From an uncultured bacterium (lineage in GTDB: Bacteria; Patescibacteriota; JACMRA01), in the NCBI GenBank assembly GCA_963784355.1, contig CAWAQU010000009.1:64001-128000 (forward strand): a stretch of DNA of 64,000 nt, given 5' to 3'. A program made the position numbers and the translations under genes. Below the pieces are notes generated by a model, which worked only from the letters and a program-made list of their open reading frames with translations, was not told the origin of the DNA and did no database searches. The first letter of the stretch is position 1, and the number at the start of each line of letters is the position of its first letter. Shown here piece by piece: positions 54,612 through 64,000 of this stretch.

Positions 54612-55103
54612 CTACTTTTTTCTTCCAATTCTTGCTGCAAGGTGAGCAAAAGCTTTGTTACCTGCTGCTGTCTGGTGCACTGAGTTTCTCTTTGCTACAG
54701 CAGGACCCTCTCCTTTATATGATTCAATCAGGATTTGCTTTAACTTTTGACTCATTGGTCTACCTTTGATATTTCGGGCAGAATTCACGATCCAAGTCAA
54801 GCCTAATCTAAGAGATCTAGCAGGATAAGGCTCCATAGGAACTTGATAACTTGCACCACCGACTCTCATACTTTTTACCTCTACCTGTGGTCTCACATTA
54901 TCAATTGCAGTTTCGATAACTTCTAAAGGAGCTACTTGTAATTCTACGCTAGCTTCAGTTATAGCATCTATTACGATTCTGTTTGCGACAGTTTTTTTGC
55001 CATCCCACATCAAACGATTGATTAATCTGGAAATCAAAGCACTACCGAAGGTTTTATCAGGTAAAATAGTAGGTCGTTTTAGAACTCTTTTGCGTCTTGC
55101 CAT
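54612..55103 (-). CDS. rpsG: 30S ribosomal protein S7 (orphan)
   Basis: LMWDGKK, RVGGASYQVP, NKAFAH. Confidence 0.96.
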   Translation of the reverse strand: MARRKRVLKRPTILPDKTFGSALISRLINRLMWDGKKTVANRIVIDAITEASVELQVAPLEVIETAIDNVRPQVEVKSMRVGGASYQVPMEPYPARSLRLGLTWIVNSARNIKGRPMSQKLKQILIESYKGEGPAVAKRNSVHQTAAGNKAFAHLAARIGRKK

Positions 55104-55249
55104 ATAATGAATGTATAATAGTATAAAATAATCTGATTATTTGCAGAATGTCAAGTTAAATTGTTTTAGAGTAGGCATAAAAATGAGTTTACAATTAAAG
55201 ATTAGCTACAAAACTTTTTAGAGTATGTATTTGAATCAGTGGAAAATAA

Positions 55250-56401
55250 CTAATTTACGGCGAAAGTCACTAGTTTATTTGGAATGACTTTGTGAAATTT
55301 AATATCTTTCCCTTCGAGCCACTTGCTCACTGCCTCTTTAGCTTTTTCAATGACTAAATTTTCCTCAGAATCTGTATCAATTTCAAATGTACCTCTCAAT
55401 TTACCGTTTACCTGGACTGCTATGGTGACCACCTCGTCTAAAACTAAAAGAGGATCGTAGATATGCCAACTAGTTAAATGGATTGATTTAGTATGATCGT
55501 TTTGATCAAAATTGTGATGCTTGTACCATAACTCTTCAGTGATATGAGGTGTAAAAGGGGCTAAAATTTGTAAGTATCCTGTCCAGATACTGCCCGGAAT
55601 TATTTCTTGATCCTTTAAAATATTGTTGAAAGTCATTATTTCAGCTACTGCAACATTATTTTTTTGCAGTTCAAGGTGCTCAGTAATCTTTTTCACTGTT
55701 TTATGGTAGCTTGATAGTAACTTTTTATCTATATTGGTTATTGTCTTATCTACCTTAGACTCTAACCTAAATAAACCATCAATTAGTTTTTTACAGGCTA
55801 TTAAACCACCTTCTTGCCAGGATACTGTAGCTTCGTATGGTCCAATAAAATTTACATACAATCTTAGAGCATCTGCTCCTACAGTATTTAATTTTTCATC
55901 AGGACTGATTACATTCCCTTTAGATTTGCTCATTTTACTACCGTCGCTAGCTAGCAATATTCCTCCATTAGTTCTTTTATTGTAAGGCTCGGAAGTAGGC
56001 ACGTGGCCTAATTTATGTAGAGCTTTGTGCCAAAAACGAGAATACAGAAGGTGAAGAGTTGTATGTTCACTGCCACCGAAATAGTGATCAACCGGTAGCC
56101 AATATTTCAAATTTTCTTGGGAAGCAAATTCCTGACTATTTTTTGGATCAGTATAACGCAGATAGTACCAGCTAGAACCTGCCCAGTTTGGCATAGTATC
56201 AGCTTCTCTTCTTCCTATAATTTCACCCTTTTCATCTCTTACATTTATCCAGTCCGATTTTATTAGTGGAGAGCGACCATCTTTAGAAGGCTCAAAATCT
56301 TGCACATCAGGCAATTCTAAAGGCAATTCCTCCTTACCTAGTAATCTAATTTCATATTCCTCTCCGTCAATAATGGTTTTTTTAGGTACTCCGTTGTCCA
56401 T
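55250..56401 (-). CDS. leuS: Leucyl-tRNA synthetase, C-terminal half (KMSKS + anticodon-binding)
   Basis: ELPLELP, DTMPNWAGSSWYYLRY, GGSEH..LHLLYSRFW, KMSKSKGN, QVNGKLRG. Confidence 0.93.
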   Translation of the reverse strand: MDNGVPKKTIIDGEEYEIRLLGKEELPLELPDVQDFEPSKDGRSPLIKSDWINVRDEKGEIIGRREADTMPNWAGSSWYYLRYTDPKNSQEFASQENLKYWLPVDHYFGGSEHTTLHLLYSRFWHKALHKLGHVPTSEPYNKRTNGGILLASDGSKMSKSKGNVISPDEKLNTVGADALRLYVNFIGPYEATVSWQEGGLIACKKLIDGLFRLESKVDKTITNIDKKLLSSYHKTVKKITEHLELQKNNVAVAEIMTFNNILKDQEIIPGSIWTGYLQILAPFTPHITEELWYKHHNFDQNDHTKSIHLTSWHIYDPLLVLDEVVTIAVQVNGKLRGTFEIDTDSEENLVIEKAKEAVSKWLEGKDIKFHKVIPNKLVTFAVN

Positions 56402-56449
56402 AATAATGGTATAAATCAAGTATTTATTTTTAATTCAGTCAAATCGTGG

Positions 56450-57028
56450 TTAAAGTTTAGATTTTCCAGTTAAGTGTTCCAGTAACTTAGGAAACTCTTC
56501 TTGATTAAAATGTCCTTTGGCATCAAAAAAATTAGTTTTGGCTAGAGGTAAGCTACTTTTGTATTTTACCGCATCCTGGAAATCCACCACAAAATCGTCT
56601 TTGGAATGCCAAATAAAAATCTCATTGCAATTTTGTGAGAGTATGTTAAAGTTTTTAACTTGTTTAAATTTGCCGCAGGTTTCATATGGTGCAGCAATTA
56701 AATGTAATTCAGAAATTTTGAGCTTAACTTCGCTCAGATATTTAGCTAAAAATATTCCTCCCAGACTATGTCCAATTAAAATATCACTTGGTTTAAGGCT
56801 AGAAGCAATTTTATCAAAAACTATTTTCCACTCCCGATACTGAGCATTTTGCTTGTTTGGCATATTAGGTAATAGTACCTCGAAATTTTTTTCTTGAAGT
56901 TTGGGGACTGCTGATAATTTCCAGTCTGAACGCTTAGTAAATTTGGGTTCGATAGAATTTAAGTAGGCGAGGTAGTCCTTATAGGAATTAAAGCTGTCAC
57001 CACCGTGGATTATAACAATTTTGGTCAT
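56450..57028 (-). CDS. RBBP9/YdeN-family alpha/beta hydrolase
   Basis: IIHG, GHSLGG, HSKDD, GHF. Confidence 0.9.
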   Translation of the reverse strand: MTKIVIIHGGDSFNSYKDYLAYLNSIEPKFTKRSDWKLSAVPKLQEKNFEVLLPNMPNKQNAQYREWKIVFDKIASSLKPSDILIGHSLGGIFLAKYLSEVKLKISELHLIAAPYETCGKFKQVKNFNILSQNCNEIFIWHSKDDFVVDFQDAVKYKSSLPLAKTNFFDAKGHFNQEEFPKLLEHLTGKSKL

Positions 57029-57313
57029 AAATAGATTGTAAATTGGTTTATGGAATTAGGATTAATTGATGCTAACAGGTAAGAAATTAAAAATCAAGAC
57101 TGAATTCAAAAAAGCAAAAATCTGTTGAGTCGAATCATTTAATTTAACTTTAGCCCTATTTTATATAGCGATTTAGTTAGATTGAGCAGCTATAAAGCTA
57201 AAATATTGTACTTAAGTAAAGTAACTATATATCATAATCTCTTAAAATATATCTTGACATATCTCGAAAATTATGGTAAGAGTTTAATAATACCCAAATT
57301 TAATACAATTTTT

Positions 57314-57682
57314 ATGTCTTTCGAAAAACATCTAAATCAGCCCACAAAAAAAACTGCGGAAACAGCAAAAAGTATTGATTATGCAAATTACGTAACAGTT
57401 TTAGGCTCTGCTTTATTAACTCTAGGACTAACCGCACAACCAAGCATTGCTCCCGGCTTTGCACCTGAGCTACCAGCGAATTTAGTTAGTCAGGGTAAAA
57501 AACAACAACCTGCTCCAAAAACAGAGCGACCTAAAGACCAATCTCCTCATAGGGGTTTTGGAAGGAGAGAGCTATATCCAAAACAAGATTTAGAATCAAC
57601 TTTGACAGCTGTCAATCCGTCTACAGGAGAAAAGAATGTTATCGAGCTTAATGCTCCTAAGCAATTTCCTACTGCTGCATAA
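57314..57682 (+). CDS. Secreted Pro-rich protein with PatX-like PHRGFGRRE motif
   Basis: ATG 57314; hydrophobic segment ending AQPSIA; upstream TTGACA at 57254; terminator downstream. Confidence 0.7.
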   Translation: MSFEKHLNQPTKKTAETAKSIDYANYVTVLGSALLTLGLTAQPSIAPGFAPELPANLVSQGKKQQPAPKTERPKDQSPHRGFGRRELYPKQDLESTLTAVNPSTGEKNVIELNAPKQFPTAA

Positions 57683-57711
57683 ATCAATTTTTGTTAATAG
57701 CGCTAAAATTA

Positions 57712-57739
57712 TCTGCTCTAACCGGGGCAGGTTTTTTTT
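57712..57739. terminator. Terminator between the convergent PatX-like gene and the leuS N-half
   Basis: CTGCTCT AACC GGGGCAG G + T8. Confidence 0.7.
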
Positions 57740-57749
57740 ATGAGATCTA

Positions 57750-60700
57750 TTACAAACTCTTCTTTATATATTCTACCGGAAATGGTTCTCCCCAATATCT
57801 TTGTCTTGAAAATACCCAGTCTCTAAATTTATAATTGATTTGCTTATTGCCTCTACCTAAATTAATTAATTTTTGAGCAATTTTTCCTCTGGCCTCTTCT
57901 GATCTCAACCCGTTAAATTCAGCAGAATTGTATAAAATTCCGTCACCAGTCACTGGTTTGTAGCTAAACGTTTGAATATTGTTTGTGGTATCTAAATTTA
58001 GAGTAATTGCTTGATTTATAGCTCTGCGAAAAATTTCAAATTGATGAGGATTGTTTTCCTGATTTAACTTTTGTAAAATTATTTCAGCAGTTTCCCAACC
58101 AAAATTAAAGGCTTCATGGCTTTCGAGTTGAGTTTCACCTTCGGAGTTAGAGTCTGCAATTACCAAAAATGGATAAGTAAGAGCAAACCTATTAATTTTT
58201 TTCAGGCTATTGTAATAATGTGCATAAACAGGGCCGCCAAGCGGAATAACTTCAGAAATCTCTTGCAAACCAGTCTCTTCAATGACTTCTCTTTCTGCTG
58301 CTTTATTTATTTCCTCACCTTCTTTAATTCCTCCTCCGACCATGATAAATTTATCATCTTCATGTTTCTGCAAATAGCCGTATTTTTGTGTGCTAGGGTC
58401 AAAAACGACTGCACAAATTCCCTCCACAAAAGTTTCATTTTCGGCAGCTTTACCAAATTCAGGTGCGATGACTTCTTTTAAAGGAACATCATACTTTTTA
58501 GCCATTTCATTATCTCTTTCATCGTGAGCATTAGCCATAACCGCACCAGTGCCATATCCGGGTAATACAAAATCGGAGATCCATACAGGTAATTTTGCAC
58601 CGGTCAAAGGATGATAGACGTAACCACCGGTAAAAGCACCTGTTTTTTCTTTATCAATTTGCCTGTCCAGCTCACTTTTATTTTTAGTCTTTTCGATGTA
58701 GTCTTCTACAATCTGTTTCTGAGCTCTTGTAGTGATTTTTGATACTAAAGGATGTTCTGGAGCCAGTACCAAAAAAGTTGTGGAGTATATAGTGTCCACT
58801 CTGGTTGTGAAAGTCTGAATAGTATTTGCCTCAGCATCTTCTATTTTGCCTAAAGCCCACAAAGCCTGCTCTGTTGCATGCTCTTTTATATATTCCGGGC
58901 CAGCTAAAAAGCACTCAATATCTTTTTCAATACCAGGTTTTCTCTGATTCCAATTTTCCAGTGAGCATTCAAAATAGTAAAAATGGTCTAGTTTGTGAAT
59001 AATTCCTGTTTTATTAGGATTCCAATTGTAAAAACCATGTGAAGTACCCAAATATTTTTTAAATTCCAATCCAGTCAATCCGACCTCTTCTTCAGTTTCG
59101 CGGATAGCGGCAGCCAAGCCATCCTCTCCCGGATCAATGTGGCCACCCGGAAACCGTACTCTTAAATCACCCCGTACTTTTTTATCGTAAATTACAAACT
59201 GGCCTGTTTCCTTTATTTTAATAACTGCAATTCCACGCTCACCTTGAGAAATGTTGAAATCAATGTCACCAATTTTTTCAGCAAAACTAGGGTATAAATT
59301 TTGAGTCATTTTACTCATGACCTTTGTTGTGTTTTCATTCCACAGTAGTTCCTTGGCTTCAGCAAAACTTACCCATTTATACTCATCGTGTTCCCAATTT
59401 AGGGTAGGCTGCTTGTCTGTAAAAGCGTAAAAATTGAAAGCTCTGATTACATTTCCTTTTGGTGAGGTAAAACCCCAGGAATAAGTATAATTTAGATTAG
59501 TTACACTAATTCCTGTCTCTTCAAAAACTTCTCTTTGCGTACCTGAAATTATATCTTCACCTTTATCAATCGAACCCCCTGCCAAATCCCATAATCCAGC
59601 CCCGTCATCTTCTTGAGAGCGTTTCATAATCAGTACTTGTTGATCTGAGTTAATCAAAAAACAAGAACCGTAGACTTTATTTAATTTATCCAGATCTTTT
59701 ATTTTCTCGGAAAATTCGGTCGCTAACAGAGCCTTTGAACATTTTTGAAACACGTGTTTGACTACGTCTTTGTGGTCCTCCCAATTTAACAATTCAAGAG
59801 TTTCTGCATAATTTACCCATTTATACTCACTATGTTCACTACTTACTTTGACCTCATCATTTGCTTGAGTAAAAAAATAGACATTGCCAATTTCTTTATT
59901 TGAACTGTGATGTAGAAAGCTGTGGGAATACAAAAGCTCAATATTTTCTACCTCTAGGCCTGTTTCCTCTAAAACTTCCCTTTTAGCCTCAGCAAAAATA
60001 TCCTGAAAATCATCAATTCCACCACCCGGTAACTCCCAGACATTTGGTGAACTATCACTACTACTACGCTTCAATACTAAAACCTGATTTTGCTTATTTA
60101 GTACCACCGTAGTTGTCTTGGCTTTTTCAAATTCCGTGGCATCAATTATATGCTCCGGTGCAATTTTCCAATCTACAACCACTCCTTCACTTTTACCGAT
60201 CCAATTGCGTTGCATGTCTTTAATGTGTTCCGGAAAGTTGGTTTCATCCAGCCCCGCAAGTAATTCTTCAGCGTATTCAGGCATTTTCAAAATCCACTGC
60301 ATCATTTTCTTTTTTTCTACAGGATGTTCGCCACGCTCACTCACTTTTTGCCCATTAATTTCGATAATTTCTTCATTAGATAGTACAGTTCCCAATTTTT
60401 CACACCACCAAAGCTCAACTTCTTTTTGTTCAGCTAGCCCCGCTTTATAAAGCTCTGTGAAAATCCATTGAGTCCATTTGTAATATTCAGGATCGGTTGT
60501 AGCAAACTCTCTATTCCAGTCAAAACCAAAGCCGAATCCGTTAAATATATCACGAAAATTATCAATATTTTGTTTGTTTACTATTTTGGGATTAATCCCT
60601 GTTTTTCTGGCGTATTCTTCAGTAGGCAAACCAAAAGCATCCCAACCCATAGGAAAAAGTACATTGTATCCCCTCATTCTCAAAAATCTGCTGTAAACAT

Positions 60701-60890
60701 CAGGTATGGTATAACGGAAAAAATGCCCCATATGCAGGCTGGCACCGGAAGGAAAAGGAAATTCCATTAGAATATATTTCTTCTCTTTAGTTGAGTCATT
60801 ATCCACGGCAGCGTAGATATTATTTTTATACCACAAATTTTGCCACTTTTTTTCGATATCAGAATACGGATTGGAGGAATTGTTTTCCAT
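57750..60890 (-). CDS. leuS: Leucyl-tRNA synthetase, N-terminal half with four inserted Nudix domains
   Basis: FPFPSGASLHMGH, GWDAFGLP, MQRNWIGKSEG, TTRVDT, GYGTGAVM..AHDERD, RDWVFSRQRYWGEP, then TAA TAG. Confidence 0.93.
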   Translation of the reverse strand: MENNSSNPYSDIEKKWQNLWYKNNIYAAVDNDSTKEKKYILMEFPFPSGASLHMGHFFRYTIPDVYSRFLRMRGYNVLFPMGWDAFGLPTEEYARKTGINPKIVNKQNIDNFRDIFNGFGFGFDWNREFATTDPEYYKWTQWIFTELYKAGLAEQKEVELWWCEKLGTVLSNEEIIEINGQKVSERGEHPVEKKKMMQWILKMPEYAEELLAGLDETNFPEHIKDMQRNWIGKSEGVVVDWKIAPEHIIDATEFEKAKTTTVVLNKQNQVLVLKRSSSDSSPNVWELPGGGIDDFQDIFAEAKREVLEETGLEVENIELLYSHSFLHHSSNKEIGNVYFFTQANDEVKVSSEHSEYKWVNYAETLELLNWEDHKDVVKHVFQKCSKALLATEFSEKIKDLDKLNKVYGSCFLINSDQQVLIMKRSQEDDGAGLWDLAGGSIDKGEDIISGTQREVFEETGISVTNLNYTYSWGFTSPKGNVIRAFNFYAFTDKQPTLNWEHDEYKWVSFAEAKELLWNENTTKVMSKMTQNLYPSFAEKIGDIDFNISQGERGIAVIKIKETGQFVIYDKKVRGDLRVRFPGGHIDPGEDGLAAAIRETEEEVGLTGLEFKKYLGTSHGFYNWNPNKTGIIHKLDHFYYFECSLENWNQRKPGIEKDIECFLAGPEYIKEHATEQALWALGKIEDAEANTIQTFTTRVDTIYSTTFLVLAPEHPLVSKITTRAQKQIVEDYIEKTKNKSELDRQIDKEKTGAFTGGYVYHPLTGAKLPVWISDFVLPGYGTGAVMANAHDERDNEMAKKYDVPLKEVIAPEFGKAAENETFVEGICAVVFDPSTQKYGYLQKHEDDKFIMVGGGIKEGEEINKAAEREVIEETGLQEISEVIPLGGPVYAHYYNSLKKINRFALTYPFLVIADSNSEGETQLESHEAFNFGWETAEIILQKLNQENNPHQFEIFRRAINQAITLNLDTTNNIQTFSYKPVTGDGILYNSAEFNGLRSEEARGKIAQKLINLGRGNKQINYKFRDWVFSRQRYWGEPFPVEYIKKSL
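59748..59759. repeat. Palindrome AAACACGTGTTT, copy 6 (inside the leuS Nudix insert)
   Basis: tg-AAACACGTGTTT-ga. Confidence 0.85.
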
Positions 60891-61202
60891 AATAAATGAT
60901 TAATTTAGCTAAAAATCAGCGATTATTCCAAGAATGTCAACATTTAGACCGCAATTTTGCCACTAACTAAAATATTGTTTGTGGTTAGCCTTTGGATTTT
61001 GAATTAAGCTTGTATTTTTCGGCTGTTATAAGACTTGTCAAAGACTATTACGTAGCTTCGGCGTATATTGCAAATGCTTAATTTTAAACTTAAATTAAAA
61101 ATATTACTACCTCCTCTTTTTTAGGGGTTTTGCTTTTGTATACTAGGATTTAAACCTAAATTTGCCAAAGTTCATATTTTATCTAAAACTTTAGTGAATT
61201 AA

Positions 61203-62348
61203 ATGCCTAAAATTTTTGAAATACATACTACCTGTAGTACTACTAGAGCTAGGACCGGTAGCTTGACTTTACCCAATGGACAAGTACAAACTCCTGTATT
61301 TATGCCTATTGGTACAGCAGGTTCCGTAAAATCCTTGTCTGTCGGGGAGTTGGAAAAACTCGAAGCTCAAATCATTCTTGGAAATACTTATCATCTATGG
61401 ATAAAGCCTGATTTAGAAGTATTGAGACGTGCTGGAGGATTACATAAATTTAATGCTTGGCAAAAACCGATTTTAACTGATTCAGGGGGCTTTCAAGCTT
61501 TTAGTTTGAGCAAAATCAGAAAATTTACGGAAGAAGGTGTTACTTTTAGAGTACCAACCACTGGTGAAAAAAGGTTCTTAAGTCCGGAAAAATCAATGGA
61601 AATACAAACTGTGTTGGGTTCAGATATTGCTTTAGTTTTGGATGAGGCTTTAGCTGCTGAAGTAGACGAAACAGAGGCTAGAAGAGCTATGCACAGGACT
61701 CATAGGTGGGCTAAAAGAAGCCAAGAAGAATTTGAAAGACTAAGATCAATCAATCCACATGAGAATCTATTATTTGGAATTCCTCAAGGAGCTCAATTTA
61801 TAAATCTCAGGAAAGAATCTGCCGAATTAACTATGGAGCTGGATTTACCAGGTTATTCTATAGGTGGAGTAGCTAACGGTGGCGAGCCTGAAGAGATTAT
61901 GTATGCTCAGGTATTAGCTCAAACAGAGGTCCTGGAAAATCATAAACCCAGACATTTACTTGGGGTAGGGACTCCTATGGATATTGTACAAATGGTAGCT
62001 AGAGGCATAGACATGTTTGATTGTGTTTACCCAACTAGAAATGCCAGGCACGGCACACTTTTCTTTGAAATGGATGAGTATAGCTATACTGCAGAAAAGA
62101 TTTTGAGTAAAAAGTTTGAAATGGATTTTAGCCCGATTAACCCGGAATCTGAATTTGAAGAGCTAAGAATTTACACCAAAGCTTATTTGAGGCATCTATT
62201 TAAAGCCAGGGAATTACTTGCTCTACGTCTGGCTACTCTACATAATTTGGAATTTTACCTTAATCTAATGAGAGCTATCAGACAAAAAATAACCGATGAT
62301 ACTTATAAGGACTGGTGGGAGAAGTACAGTTTAGTTAGGGTTGACTAA
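61203..62348 (+). CDS. tgt: tRNA-guanine transglycosylase
   Basis: TPVFMPIGT, NTYHL, TDSGGFQ, DMFDCVYPTRNAR, HNL. Confidence 0.95.
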   Translation: MPKIFEIHTTCSTTRARTGSLTLPNGQVQTPVFMPIGTAGSVKSLSVGELEKLEAQIILGNTYHLWIKPDLEVLRRAGGLHKFNAWQKPILTDSGGFQAFSLSKIRKFTEEGVTFRVPTTGEKRFLSPEKSMEIQTVLGSDIALVLDEALAAEVDETEARRAMHRTHRWAKRSQEEFERLRSINPHENLLFGIPQGAQFINLRKESAELTMELDLPGYSIGGVANGGEPEEIMYAQVLAQTEVLENHKPRHLLGVGTPMDIVQMVARGIDMFDCVYPTRNARHGTLFFEMDEYSYTAEKILSKKFEMDFSPINPESEFEELRIYTKAYLRHLFKARELLALRLATLHNLEFYLNLMRAIRQKITDDTYKDWWEKYSLVRVD

Positions 62349-62375
62349 CCGATACATTGAGCTTATAAATACTTC

Positions 62376-63587
62376 ATGGCGCTCCCAGCCTCAAAAACCT
62401 TTGCCCCAAAACAAAAACTAACAGCCGATCAGCCGGCAAAAAACTCCTTTTGGAAAAAAATATTTGGAGGTAAACCTGAAAATAGTGGTATCAAATTCTC
62501 AAAAAATACCATAAAAATTAAAAATTATTATCGCAAAAGTCGTTTTGAACAAAAAACAAGTGACAGTTTTAAGATATTTAAACCCTCCCCGGAAAATTTA
62601 TTAAAAGAAAAAGTAAGGACACAATTGAGACTAAATCCGGGCAAAAAATTCACTTTTGGTAATAAAAACCTACAGTTTGTTACCAGGACCACAAACTTTT
62701 TGCAATTTGGAAACTTGGTTAGGGAAGTCAAGTTTTATATAGTAAAATGGCGCATAATTCAGCGTATAAATCAAATTATAGCTTCTGTTTTGGTTTTAAG
62801 CTCGGTCCTATTTCTTATCTATCTCACTTTTTTTGACACTATTTTTTTGGTAAAAAGCTATGCTATCACTTTTACGGATGGATCCTATTTGGATAACAAA
62901 CAAGTGCAGGAACTTACTCAAAACATACGCCAGCAAAAACTGTATGGCATTTTCCCCAACAATCAATATTGGTTTTTAAATAGTAACAACCTGACAGTAA
63001 TTGCAAAAAGTACATTACCTGAAATCAAAAACATAGAAGTAGTAAATCGAAACTGGCCTAATGAAGTAGAACTAAAAATCCAGACTGAACCAATTTTGCT
63101 TACTCTAGGAATTGTGGAAAATAGCCAAAAAAAGTACTGGAGAATTAATCAGCTGGGTAAAGTATTGTCTGAAGATGATTTGAATTTACGGGAAAATTTG
63201 GTAGAAGTGGAAAAAATTGTTTCTTTTGACAGGCCGGGTGCTAGCTTGAAAGATTATCCACTAGAGCAAAACAAAGAACAATTGAATCGATTTTGGTTTG
63301 TGTTGTGGCTCTGGGAGGTTTTGAAGGCTACAGACAGTATTACAATAGTCAAAACAACCTTACCGACTATTTTAGATACAGATGTGGAAGTAATGACTTT
63401 GGAGGGCACTAGGTTGTTATTTGATTCAGCTTCTATACCCAAAGAAAATCAGAAAAAAAGAATTGCCAACGTGCTTAATAGCCAGAGAATTCAGGAAGAA
63501 TTGAAACAGGGTAAATTGGCCTATATTGACTTTAGAATACCTAAAAAAGTATTTGTGTGCCGTAAAGGTACAGAGTGTGAGGTGTAG
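62376..63587 (+). CDS. FtsQ/DivIB-like cell division protein
   Basis: Basic N-terminus, single TM, POTRA-like WPNEVELKIQ, C-terminal YIDFR. Confidence 0.65.
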   Translation: MALPASKTFAPKQKLTADQPAKNSFWKKIFGGKPENSGIKFSKNTIKIKNYYRKSRFEQKTSDSFKIFKPSPENLLKEKVRTQLRLNPGKKFTFGNKNLQFVTRTTNFLQFGNLVREVKFYIVKWRIIQRINQIIASVLVLSSVLFLIYLTFFDTIFLVKSYAITFTDGSYLDNKQVQELTQNIRQQKLYGIFPNNQYWFLNSNNLTVIAKSTLPEIKNIEVVNRNWPNEVELKIQTEPILLTLGIVENSQKKYWRINQLGKVLSEDDLNLRENLVEVEKIVSFDRPGASLKDYPLEQNKEQLNRFWFVLWLWEVLKATDSITIVKTTLPTILDTDVEVMTLEGTRLLFDSASIPKENQKKRIANVLNSQRIQEELKQGKLAYIDFRIPKKVFVCRKGTECEV

Positions 63588-63705
63588 GTGGTTTGTATTG
63601 CTACAGTTTGCCTATATTTTAAAAACCTGAAGAGCAAAAACCTGTTTTGACAGAAGGAGCAATTAATCGCTTAATAAATTAAATAGCAACTAAGCAATAA
63701 AGCCT

Positions 63706-64000
63706 ATGAGTCACACTCCCAAAGAACAGGAAATAATTCAAAACACACTAAAATTCGTGCAGTCACATCAACAAAAAGCTGAAAGTGCTCATGACTATTG
63801 GCATGTTATTAGAGTATGGAACAATGCTAAACTTATATCTAAAACTGAAAGTGTAGATACTTTTGTTGTGGAACTAGCTGCTTTACTTCATGATATAGCT
63901 GACTCTAAATTTAATAATGGTGATGAAGAAATCGGCGCTACTGTAGCAGGTAATTATTTAAATAGCCAAAAAATTGACTCTGAAAAAGTACAACATATCC
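63706..64000 (+). CDS. HD-domain phosphohydrolase (partial, runs off the window)
   Basis: Hand translation AHDYWHVIRV...AALLHDIAD. Confidence 0.88.
   Translation, partial: MSHTPKEQEIIQNTLKFVQSHQQKAESAHDYWHVIRVWNNAKLISKTESVDTFVVELAALLHDIADSKFNNGDEEIGATVAGNYLNSQKIDSEKVQHI

Noticed and set aside
56402-57749. Self-splicing intron or split intein joining the leuS halves
   Set aside because: No group I/II motifs recognised; the halves lack intein termini (no C/S-initiated block, no HN-C/S/T)

Overview
AT-rich bacterial chromosomal segment using genetic code 11 (TGA stops are used and RF2 is present). Gene content points to a Patescibacteria/CPR-type genome: orphan TraG/VirD4-like ATPase, orphan solute-binding protein, short TsaB, HTH-EgtD-like methyltransferase, unlinked 23S rRNA and a C1:G72 tRNA-Tyr. 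Most of the window is housekeeping: topA, ruvC, recA, grpE, rsgA, rmuC, many scattered ribosomal protein genes, infB, nusA/nusB, nrdRBA, prfB, trmD, tkt, tgt, four tRNAs and a stand-alone 23S rRNA. There is also a photolyase, an ABC exporter and a GH8/GT2/GT-C cellulose-synthase-like operon. Highlights: (1) leuS is split into a HIGH half and a KMSKS half, and the N-half carries four inserted Nudix domains. (2) One gene lodged between the halves encodes a secreted peptide resembling the cyanobacterial HetR inhibitor PatX (PHRGFGRRE). (3) A likely oriC sits upstream of recA with no dnaA nearby. (4) A repeated palindrome AAACACGTGTTT looks like parS with swapped arms. (5) trmD has a +1 frameshift, and the nusA leader has a putative attenuator. 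All calls are by eye; no searches were run.
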